From the NCBI GenBank assembly GCA_013115125.1, contig JABANN010000080.1, positions 58,729 to 78,728 on the forward strand: DNA of 20,000 nt. Reading direction: 5' to 3'. The stretch comes from Perkinsus olseni. Taxonomy: Eukaryota. Below are positions 8,805 through 19,034 of the stretch, piece after piece. The translations under genes and the position numbers were made by a program. The notes under the pieces are model-generated. The model worked only from the letters and a program-made list of their open reading frames with translations. It did no database searches and was not told where the DNA came from. Numbering within the stretch: position 1 is the first letter of the stretch; every line of letters starts with the position of its first letter.

Positions 8805-9214
8805 TAGTAATTAGAGTAAGGTAACCCTCCGTAGGGGGTATGCCACGTCGCTCTGCCTTTAGTGCCGATCGCATTGTACGATAACAACCGACCGCTTGGG
8901 TCTCCGGAGTGAGCGACCCGCGCTTGCAAAGCAGGGAAGCGTCCTGAACTTCGGCAGAGCTTGACACTCAGACGATCTTCTAAGAGTACTCTCACAGTCC
9001 AAGTTATTGCGACCGAGGGGCTCTAACCAAGACGAAGTCTTCGTCACGAAGATGCAACGCAGATCGCCCTCACGACCGGTGCACCTATACCGGTCCGGTA
9101 CTACCGGAGAAGGAAGGCCATTAAAGACAAAGAAACCCAAAGAAAAGACAAAGAATCTTGGCATTAAAGCCAAGATGGCCACCCTGCCTTGGCTTATGAA
9201 AAAGACGTCCCCCT

Positions 9215-11635
9215 ATGAGGGCTTTCAACTACGAGTCGTAGTCAGCGACAAAGGCGAACCTTCATCTTTGCATGCGATGGGCGAACCATCCCTCTCGTCA
9301 GCGATGGAGGTGGTCCCTCTCGCTCAGGCTTAACTCGGCAGTCGTCAAGTCCCCTCGCTGCCGTGGAATGGACTTCTGAATCAGCCGGCCACTCGTCCGC
9401 TGTCATATCCAGCGGAGCTCTGTGGGTACGAGAATCTCCAAACGATGAGCGTTGCCGGCTTGCCGCTTCGTAGATGCTGCTGATGATGATATCGTCAATA
9501 ACAATACTGTTGGTGTACAACACTTCCACTGCCACTACAGCTCATTCAACCTCAGTGGATGGTACACCTCGCTCAGCTCTCCAGGCAACACTCGCGTCCA
9601 TCCAGGTATCATGACCACTGGGGCCGCCCTGGTCAACCACCACCTCACACCGGCGAGGACCGCTCTCTTCGGAGTCTCCAATGCTCTTCGTGTTGGTGTC
9701 TACTCAGACTTCAAGCCTTTCGACTACGAGGCGGTGAATCAGATGCTGACGCCTTGGTTCAACCAGTGGCAGAATGAACTGTAGGAAGGCACCAATGTTG
9801 CAGCTGGAGAGCGGTCGGTAGGTACCTCCTGGAGCTGGCTTTCAATGGCGAGTCCTCGAGCCTGCGTATCCAGAATCGCAGTCTCCTCTACACTGAGAAA
9901 TGCATGGGTGAGAAGCGACTATTTCCACTGGTACCATCGAGGTAGGGATTGCAGATGGTGTCAGACTGACACAGACTCAGTCATAGACAGTCTGTCACTT
10001 AACTACAATGTCGAGAGCTTTGTGCTTTCATCCTGATAGCGCTGGTAGTATATGATCATTTTGTCTCATTTGTCATATAAAGTCGACCGGTTTTCTCTAG
10101 CCTGGTTAGGTGAGACTCAGTCAACTCACGGGGGCTAGCCGGCTAGGCTGGCAATGCTTTACACTAATTGTACTGGGCCAATATCATTGGTCTGATACCC
10201 ACACCTCGTCTCTACGATAGAGGAAATTTTCCTCAGGAAAACATCAACAGGAGCTTACGAGAAACAGTCATAGGAGCTTATAAAAAGCATCATCCTTCTT
10301 TTTAGTCTCTAACAACCTTGTTGTCTCCATTCGAACTAATCACAGCTCCTGTGTCGACAATTGCCACCTTGGCGTCACCTGTGAGGGGCCTTCTACGCCC
10401 GCCCGGACCACTGCCAGCCAGGAAGATCCATGGTGAGCATCTCCTGCTTGCCGCATTCGACCCCGCCTCCCCACATGTACGAAGCAAGCATGCTGCAATA
10501 CCTCGAGAACAGCGAGGCATTCGATGCTGACCCGGATTTGGACTCGACCATCATGGCCGTTGGGGAGGGCGGCCTATCCCTCGCGACGGCGTGAGTGTCT
10601 ACTGCACGCTCTTCACGCTATCTTAACGCCCCAACAGGTTTAGCCTCCAGTTCCGTGACTCTGGAACAATCACTAATGCCGGCTCTATTGGTGCTGCTCG
10701 ATTCTCGGGCCCTTCAGCGTTTGCCTTCGTTGGCCCTGATAATATCCTTTTCGAGTGGCACCCAGTCCTGCATCTCTCAGTTAGTCGCATCCTATTGACA
10801 GCAGTAGCGAAAACCGGTGTATCTAGGTTGTTTATGATGCAGGAAGCATAGGGTCGTTATTGGCGATGAGAGTGTCCTTGGATATGCTGCCGTTGTCCCA
10901 GCAGCTGAGACGCCACATCGGAGACTTCTCGAACTCCCATTTTTTTGTTACGAATGAAATCGGTCAGGTGAGGTCATCTGATCGTCTTTCGATAGTACTC
11001 TGCGGTATATAAGGTCCTGGCCTCTACTGATGATCCAGCAGCCTACATGTCCCCTGCAGCAGCAGATGACGGATCAACACAAGTGCGTCACATCAGTTGT
11101 CACGCGGTCGGAGCGCTCTGCTCAGTTGTCCTTCCAAAGAATATGGGAAGTCTTACCGGCCGTTAAGAGAGAGTACTTCCTTGACCTCCTGCGCTCGGCG
11201 GAGAGGGTAACAGTCGAGTCTGGTAAGATTAGTATCTTTCAAGTCGACCCTGGACTGTTGTCTGCCCACAGACGACATCAGAATCGACTTGGAGATCGCA
11301 GTCTCCTCTGGCGCCCCTCTGATCTTGGTCGCAATTACTTCTATTGGAGATTTCCGAGACGCCGCCTTGGCCTCCATGGCGGTTATGCAGGTTGACCGAG
11401 CTACTGTCGGAGACCGCCATACCATGTTACGTCCTGTGCCAGGTCCTTCTCGCGTTTATTCCCTCCATTATCCTCCTAGCTCAATGGGTTTGGAAGAGGC
11501 ACAAAGGAAGGTTGGTCGAACAGCTCGACTCGAGCTCCAAGTGAAAACAAGAGCTGGTGTTCTCACTGCAGCTCGGTGAGGAGTTCAGCCGATGGCTTCT
11601 TCGACAGCGTAAAGAAGCTACTGCGAGGTTCTTGA
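9215..11635 (+). CDS. Two-TM membrane protein with extracellular Cache-like sensor domain; start (9175 or 9215) and stop (11544 or 11635) uncertain
   Basis: The spliced chain gives TM1 (AVISSGALWMLLMMISSITILLVY) and a long helix (VNHHLTPARTALFGVSNALRVG..YEAVNQMLTPWF). It continues through a Cys-containing segment ending DPWYEAS, then MRVSLDMLPLSQQL..HFFVTNEIGQVLAST, LILVAITSIGDF, TM2 (LASMAVMQVLLAFIPSIILLAQWVW) and KRHKG. The Cache assignment is by pattern resemblance only. Confidence 0.7.
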
Positions 11636-13635
11636 AATTGAGGGATCTCTCATGGATCCCATCCGAGACGATCACTGGCATGGCCATTGTCACCATGGTG
11701 AGAGTGTGAAGGTTTTCTTTGGGAGAGTTTTGAGTTGCATGACAGCAGTCCTTGGTCATGGACAGTAATTGAGAGCAGCAACGGAGGTATCCGGAATCGA
11801 GCGGGTCGATTCGAACCAGATGTTCACCAAGAGAGCGGCGGATTTGCATTCTCTACGCTCTAGGAAATTTTTGTTGGGCAGGAGACCAGATTTCGATGCT
11901 CTCAGTAGAAGTAGTGCAAATTGTGTAATCCGAGAAACTTTGTTTCATCGGTGTAAAACCTGCGCGATCTCGCCTCGCGATGGGCTTGCGTGCGTAAGCC
12001 CACGCGTCACGCAGTGACGCGGGTGTTGCGTCCCAAAAGGACACAAATGATGGAGTCTCGGCAATTGTGTAGATTGTCTCCTTTTTCCCCATTCTGATGT
12101 CCTTGGGACACTGTGTGGGTGGCTTAAGTATCCTTAGCTAGTACACTAGCTGTGGTTCAATCATTAATCATTAAGTAAAAAACTGTGATTACATATTACA
12201 TTGGTGGTTATCATCTACCACCTACGTCGTTATATATAGTGGTAGAGAGTGGGTATTCTCTATCATTGTGGTTATTGATATTGTTATTACTACAAGTCTG
12301 GATCAGTGTTTCCAGTTGTTAATCTGGAAGACCGTGGAATATATTAACCGAAAGGGTTCACAGAAGGCGATCAACACGGGGGGAAGAGTCTCGGGTCGGA
12401 AGAGAGTGGTTAGCGTCTGACCAAGTACAGCTCCTACAATGGGGGTCAGCCATCGAGGCCCTCCATCCCCTGGGATGGTCTGGCCCCTCTGTCTGTGGAG
12501 CTTGCTCGCTTGCGTCGCTTTCCACTGTCTGGTTCGCGAGCTAGCGAGATCGTAGACGGAGTTCTATTCCCAGGGGTTGTATACTACAGTACGTGCAGCC
12601 ATCTAGATTGCGTGCTGTACCGCAGTACGAGCCCTCCATACGCGATGCCTGAGGACTCCTTGTAGAAGATACCCGAATTCTATATGACATATCCGGACAT
12701 TGTCCGTAAGAGCTTCTCCCAGGGGCTGTCTGGATCGGAGGTAGCATCTCAGACTTAGTGGAAAGACGAGGACGCAAATTGCCATTGCGCTGAGAGCTCG
12801 CTAGGCCAGAACACATGACAGGCAGCCAATTGGCTTGAGGCTGGCAGTGTTTGGGATAGTTGTTTCGATGGAAGACTTCAGGTTGAAAAGTAGGTTGAAA
12901 TTGAAACTTGATCGCTCAGTGACCCGCTTCAAGTGGGTCCGGTCACCGAACTCGATAGGGCCACTTGAGTTTGGTGACCGGTAGAGAAAGTAAAGTGCAC
13001 TCTTATAGCACTTCTGTCCCAGGGTAGTGGTATTGGCTTATTCTGGCATAAGACATCCGCTTGTTGAGTTCCCCCTAAGTGATATCCAAGTCAGTACCGC
13101 CGCGGTACACCGCGACAGGCGACGTGACACACTGGCGTCACGGGAGACGTTTGTCTCTAATCAGTGACACCGGTCATGCCGTTTCTTAAGGTAGGAGCAA
13201 GCGTTGGAGATAACCGTTCTGGTCGGCAGGACATCCTGAATTGTCTCGGGTCTGTTCTAGAGCTCGGCGGAATCTTAACAATTATATAGTCAAAATGCGC
13301 CACCGTTTCAGTGGCACCAAGGAGGAGCTCCGTGTACGATTCTACATGCTTATCCTCCCGAGGATTGTCCCCATTCAGCACCACATTGCCATAGCATTCA
13401 TTGAAGACTACGCGCGAAAACCTTTACGAATTTCCCTCCTCGACGATCTGGTGCGAGGTCCTCGTGGATGATTCTCGCAGCGAGGATCATCCTAGCTGGC
13501 TCATCCTTCTCTGCTCAACTTGCTGAGTGGACATGTCTGAGAGAGACACGAGGAAAAGCGTGGAGCATGTCCCCCATTCAAACTCCGAGCTAAGACGAAG
13601 CGAAACTGGTCCGAGAAGCCCCGCCAGCTGGAAGC

Positions 13636-14358
13636 ATGCTCATCATGCACAACATCGTTGTAATTCTGTGCTTCATGTGCCTTGGTGGCACGACCTTGGA
13701 CATCAAGATTCGTCGGTCTTCGGATGGATATTCGTAAGTGATTCACTTGAAGTGAAACCTTAAGCTCTCTCGCAGAGATCCGATTCGTGTCCCGCTCAGG
13801 AAAAGCGAAGCTCAGCTCGACACTCTGTCCGTGAATGGAATGCCGATCGACCTCGCTAACGGTACAAAGTCCCACCAAGAGGATTTAGACGCCGTTGTTG
13901 TGAACTCCGGAAGAGGGCATCTCTACGAGAGGCCGATAGGGGACAAATGTTACAACGACCAGGGTTTCTTAGGAGGATGCATTTGCTACACTAACCTGGC
14001 TCTCACCCTACCCGTGAGTAGAGGATCAATTTCGAAAGGTCTTGAATGACGCTGTTCACCTCAAGCCTTTGGTCCGCTCCACTCAGGACAAGCAAGGCCT
14101 CATTGGCGCCATTGCCTCGATCGTCTGTACGAAAAAATGCAAGAACGTTGGCGAGTGCCCGAAGCCACCCGTCGGCTCGGCAGAGTGTCTCTACGGAGAC
14201 TGCCTCATCAGCTGCAACAAGAACGAGGTAAGCGAACCGAGGCTTCCTCACCGCTCCCAAACTTTTTCGTGCATTGCTAGGATTGCCCGACCTCGGCGCA
14301 CTGCGAATATTTCGCAGAATATGACCCTAAGGGATATGCCTGCGTGTTCGCTCAGTAA
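13636..14358 (+). CDS. Secreted cysteine-rich protein, 184 aa; exons 13636-13733, 13776-14013, 14087-14227, 14281-14358
   Basis: Signal-peptide-like MLIMHNIVVILCFMCLGG. C-terminal domain CTKKCKNVGECPKPPVGSAECLYGDCLISCNKNEDCPTSAHC...YACVF. Three GT-AG introns with consistent phases (555 nt). Confidence 0.85.
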
Positions 14359-14789
14359 CAAGGCTCCGGTAGGAATGGGTCGACCCGTTGCATAGCTATA
14401 AGGCTATGCATATTCATTGAATACTATTTACAAAGATATTATCAATCTCCTTCGAGCTCACTGAGCTCAGCTGAGTCATTTTCTTTTCATCTCGACATTC
14501 CACCCAAGGAGCAGAAGCTCATGTGGAATCGTCCTCTGCTCATTATTTCATATTTCCTCATTGCATATTAGAATATGCGTCGACTTTTTTCGCGGAAGAA
14601 CTAGCTGGGTATCAGGTAATTTCTGTCGTTCAGTTCAATCACTCTCTGCTAGTGAGATTAGACCGTCGAAGAGATGAGTGGCATTGATCCGTAATGTTAT
14701 TGAAGTACCTTTGACAGTCAAAGGTACGTCAAAGTTTGACTTCACCTTCGCTGCACAGGGTGGTTTGTGCGTGCGTCAAGTCGGTCGAT

Positions 14790-14985
14790 GCCGTATAGCG
14801 CGTGAGGTTGAAGACAGCAAGGATCCTGGCTTCTCCCAAATTCCAGTGTCGAGTCGTGCTCAGTGATGGTAGAATATGGCCTCCAAGGTTGCGTCCCAAG
14901 TTTTTGAACCATCCTCGTCGAGGATGGCCGAATGGCTGGAAGATCTCTCGGGCAAGACACTCTTCGAATTGGGTGCTGAGCTCAC
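14790..14985 (+). pseudogene. Possible fragment of a METTL21/Methyltransf_16-type lysine methyltransferase
   Basis: VASQVFEPSSSRMAEWLEDLSGKTLFELGA resembles the family N-terminus (vW.ss..La.wl...l.gk.vlELGaG). There is an upstream in-frame TAG and the similarity stops inside motif I. Confidence 0.35.
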
Positions 14986-15163
14986 TGATGTACGTGAAGG
15001 TCTCGCGAGAGAGCAAGTTCAAGCAAGTGCACGAATGATGGAAGAATTGGAGTGTTCCGCTACCGGCGGTAGCCTACCGCAACCGCATGGTACCGGCGTA
15101 CTAGGGCGCCCATAGCCATAGAGCGTGACAAGTCTCACTGCGATTGCCGGCTTGGCACTGTTG

Positions 15164-15395
15164 TTTTTTTTTTAATCAAGTTGGTTGGGGGACACTAACG
15201 CATGCCGAGTTACCGTGGATCGTACCTGGCGGCACGGTTAGTGTGACCAAGCTTACACTGGGGCTCGAGGCCCGAGGTAAGACCCTGAAAGGGTTCGGGC
15301 CTCGGGTTCACAGTGCTTGGTCCTCTCCCACACTCCCGACCAACTGTCCGCGCCGAGAGGCAGGGGGTTCCGAATAAGGGAACGGGCCTTGATCG
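15164..15395 (+). ncRNA. Candidate structured RNA / retroelement end of unknown family
   Basis: Nested helices 15181-15189/15335-15343, 15192-15199/15237-15244, 15245-15252/15315-15322 and 15261-15275/15295-15309. GAAA- and GAGA-capped hairpins, a closing helix atcaag/cttgat, and a preceding T10. Confidence 0.55.
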
Positions 15396-15396
15396 C

Positions 15397-15441
15397 TAGT
15401 CTACTGAGTAGACTAAAATATGGGGAGTCTCCCCATATTTT
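15397..15441. repeat. Two abutting perfect palindromes with 1-nt centres
   Basis: tagtctact-G-agtagacta 15397-15415 and aaaatatggggag-T-ctccccatatttt 15415-15441. Confidence 0.95.
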
Positions 15442-16092
15442 GCCTCGGCTTCGTCTTTTTCAACGGAGCTATTGAGGCAGGGCAGCATTTGGTATATTCG
15501 CCATTAAGCGGTTGAGGGTATTTGATATTCCTGTCAGAAGAACATGTTCTTGGAAAATGAGCGGTGGCTTTGTTTGCGACGCAATCAGTCATCATACTTA
15601 AGCTCCTCTGGGCCATCAATCTGTCAATCGGTGAGGGTTCAAAATAATTAAAAAGGGTTCATGAACCCGTTGTGTCTATGAAAGGGCTCTCCGCATAACA
15701 CGGCACACTGATCTTGCGGTTTACTTAGTAGATAGCACTTATTGCTCTATGATAGAGCCTCTATCCGTTAGAGATACTCCTGAATACACGTGGCCAGCAG
15801 CGTGGTCGCAAGACAATGTCTCAGGATCTTCATGGCTGATCGCCGGGCACGCTAACGAAGCCCTACGTTGGGCTGCATGCTGCTTTCACATCCGGCCTTT
15901 GCATCCGTTCCTGCATCTTGCTGCTTCGAGACATCGATCACGAGTTCGTCGGTAACAGCTACTCATGAACTCGGAACTGAACACTCTCCAGTACAGTCTA
16001 ACGCGTAACGTGCGATTTCAGAATCGATTCTAAGCTTAGAATTGGTCTATGGAACAACCTCTGTGATAGCTCCGATTCGAACATTGCTTTAA

Positions 16093-19011
16093 ATGTCTTC
16101 AAACTTGGCAGTGCCTCTAGTCGTCACGGAAGAGGTCGGCCCCAAACAGTCACCCAGTGAGTGCTCCTCAGACAGAGGGAACTTGTCTCGTTCCCGCCGC
16201 ATCTTACAGAGTGTCGAACACTCAGTACTCTGTCAGACAATCGTCAGAGCGTCATAATCTCCCCAACTCATGTCACAGCCGCAATGCAATCCTCGCGTCA
16301 GTACAGGCTGTCGAAGCAAAGCAGTGGAATGTGAGGATCCCGTGATGTCGCGCCCCCATGATCCGCCCCTCTGCCAGATCTATCGAGTCCAGCAGCACCT
16401 CTGGTGAGTGGCATACTGCAGGCGGGGTCGGAGGTGCTGGACAGCTATCTGCCTTCTTCAACACAGCCAACGTATCGGATACGTATCAGACGATTCCTCC
16501 GACTGCCATGAAGATGCGGACGCCGAGAGAACTCGTCGTTTCGTCCACACCTAGTTGGTCTCTGCCCCAGCTCCTTCCAGATCATCTCACATTTTCCCCA
16601 GCCATGCGCTCCTCGCTGTGACAGATGTGCGTGGGCATTGGTATCCTTGCCCTCCCGAAAGCGTTGGAATTTTCCGGCTGGGCTCTCGGGGTCATCAGCC
16701 TACTCGTTATCGCTGCGCTCACGTTTTATTCGGTAAGTGCGGCGGTGGTCGTTTCAAATCTTCGGAAGGAAATCGCGCAGCCTGCGCAGGTGAGATTGAT
16801 CGTGGCGGTATCTGCACACTTGGCCCTCCAAGACATCGAAAACAATGATGAATACCCTTCTCAACGTGGAGGAAGAGTCGTGACTCCAGGGTGGGGGCGA
16901 AGACAAATACTGGATCATGGAACGATTGTGTGATACAATTTGTATCCATCGCGAGTCGCGACCAGACTAGAGACCATGAGTTTGCCCTTCCTCTGTGCCA
17001 CAGAGTCTGCGGTTGAACATTGGGCTGGGCCGGACTAGCAGCCCTGCATCGCTGCACTGCCGCTGGGGGCCCTGGCGTCATTCTGAGCCTTGAACGCCAG
17101 AACTGTACGATTTACAGTTTGGGCCCATCGTTTCGTGCTTCGTTCGTTGAAGCAGGAGGCTTACTTCTGATCTGTTGGCATAGGTACGCTGAAGTGGTAC
17201 GCCGATGCCTGGGGTCTTCAGCTGGTGCGCTCGTCACTGCTCTCCTATGCGTATCTCAGCTTGGAGCTAACACGGCGTATCTTATCTTTATTGCTAGCAG
17301 CTTGAAGACTCATTTCCAGAGTAGGCTAGATAATCTCTTCAGTTACCCACCTCCGACTCCGAAGCCGAATAATTTTCCTGCAGGCGCGCCTTGGTTGAGA
17401 TATCCGACTCAGAAATCCCGAAGTCATCCTCTCTCAGTTTCGATGAAATCATCCCTACTAGGCTGCATTGCGGTGCTCTCACCGATATGCTGCTTGCGAT
17501 CCGTGAAATTGTTGTCGTTGGTCTCACTGGTTGGCATTGTAAGTTGTGCTGCAGCGACGGTAACCCTCATCGGAGATGCCTAGGTCTGCATGGCTGTGGG
17601 TTTGATTGCGGCAGCCTTCTGGGCAATAACAGCCGTCGTGGATACTCCAGAAGATGATGACGACGCTGCGGCGGCGCTGCTATCTCCGGCACTAAATGCG
17701 GCGAATTGGGAAACGTATGGTCCCGGTATCTACCTTGCTATTTCGTAGAGTTATCTGACGTGTTGTAAACCAGTGGGATGCTTGTAGTCCTGGAGTACTC
17801 CTTCTAGTAGTCTACTAGCCCAGTACTAGTGGCCCGGTACCAGTAGTAAAATAGTACTACTGGCAGTAGTAAACACAGCATCATGATCCTCGCTTAACCA
17901 CTTCCAGTGACGGTTAGAATCTCTGGCGATTTGCTTCACCTCCAATCGCATCTTCGGAGTGACTCGTGGGATTGACAATCTATGCCGTTGCAGGTACCCT
18001 CTCTTCCTCGGGATAGCTTCGCTGTCCTTCGAAGGCGTGGCCGCGATGGCTCTACCAATCGAGAACTCCATGGCCACCCCTGCCAAATTCCCCAACGTGA
18101 GAAAAAAACTGCTGGCGACAGGTTGCCGCAGTCTGACGAACCAGTGTGCGCCGCCCAGGTGCTCGGGTATGCAGTCGTGTTGATTCTAATCCTGAATCTA
18201 CTGTTTTCCTGCGTTATGGTTGTAGCGGTATCGAGTATCAGTGATGACGTCCCTGGTGTCATCACCCGGGCCATGCCAGAGGGATCTACGGTAAATGCAA
18301 ATTGAGAAGTGTGTTGACGATACAGATCGGCTCAGATCTCACGAGTAGTGAGTGCCTGTCTATCATTGGAGTTGCTGTGCACTTACCCCGGTAACGCCAT
18401 TCCGTTGTTCAAGTTGCTCGAGAGATCGACAGCAGCTGGACGAGTTTTTGGTAGGGGACATGAGATTCCCGTGAAATCGTCTCCAAACTTAACCGATTCG
18501 TGAAGCCTCAGTCGTGGCCCGCTGAGCAAGCCCTTCTCCCTTGTGTATTTTCTTAGGTGGCATGCGACGGCTAGCCCGCGTGACCTATTTCAGTATCATC
18601 AGGATCGTAGTCGTGGCCTTTACCGGTGTAGGAAGGCTTGTTCAGAGAATCGGTCCCACAGGGTGTCCCCTCAGGTCACCGCGTTCGTCCTGGCCGACGC
18701 CTTCGACGTTTTCCTCTCGCTGGTTGGCTCTGTTGCTAACGCTAGCGTGCTCTTCGTATTTCCTGGAATGTGCTTCGTTGCCTCCAGCACTCATGAAGAC
18801 GACAAGCGACGATACCGATGGGCTGCGGTAGGCTGGAAAATGACATCGTGTCTGCGATTCACGGTGACACTCCTCATCCTCGTAGCGGTGAATGCGTTCT
18901 CCGACTCAGGGCCTCGTGGTTGCATTTGGCCTGACTGCGGCGGTCGTCGGTACGGCTATCGGAGCTCGCACGGCCTTGCAGGGAATACTTCCTGCCGGCC
19001 ATTCATCCTAG
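16093..19011 (+). CDS. Amino-acid transporter, AAAP/Aa_trans family (SLC36/SLC38-like), multi-exon
   Basis: SAFFNTAN/MCVGIGILALPKALEFSGWALG, YAEVVRRCLG..SQLGANTAYLIFIA, PICCLRSVKLLS, FLGIASLSFEGVAAMALPIENSMATPAKFP, FLSLVGSVANASVLFVFPG. The last exon GLVVAFGLTAAVVGT..* ends at 19011. Some internal exon borders are unresolved. Confidence 0.93.
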
Positions 19012-19034
19012 ACAGTACTGTTGAGTCGAGTTGA

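Noticed and set aside
10940-10946. Frameshift at the T7 homopolymer
   Set aside because: The frame is intact (CAT TTT TTT GTT = HFFV).
11806-11820. Isolated B-box-like GGTTCGAATC on minus strand
   Set aside because: No T-stem pairing or tRNA spacing around it.
13157-13490. Minus-strand frame containing FDYIIVKIP, reminiscent of carbamoyl-phosphate synthase DY.VVKIPR
   Set aside because: The flanking residues do not match and there is no start or exon chain; at most an unidentified gene fragment.
15282-15290. Telomerase-template-like ACCCTGAA
   Set aside because: It is sequestered in a GAAA-capped hairpin, is barely one repeat long, and lacks other telomerase RNA hallmarks.
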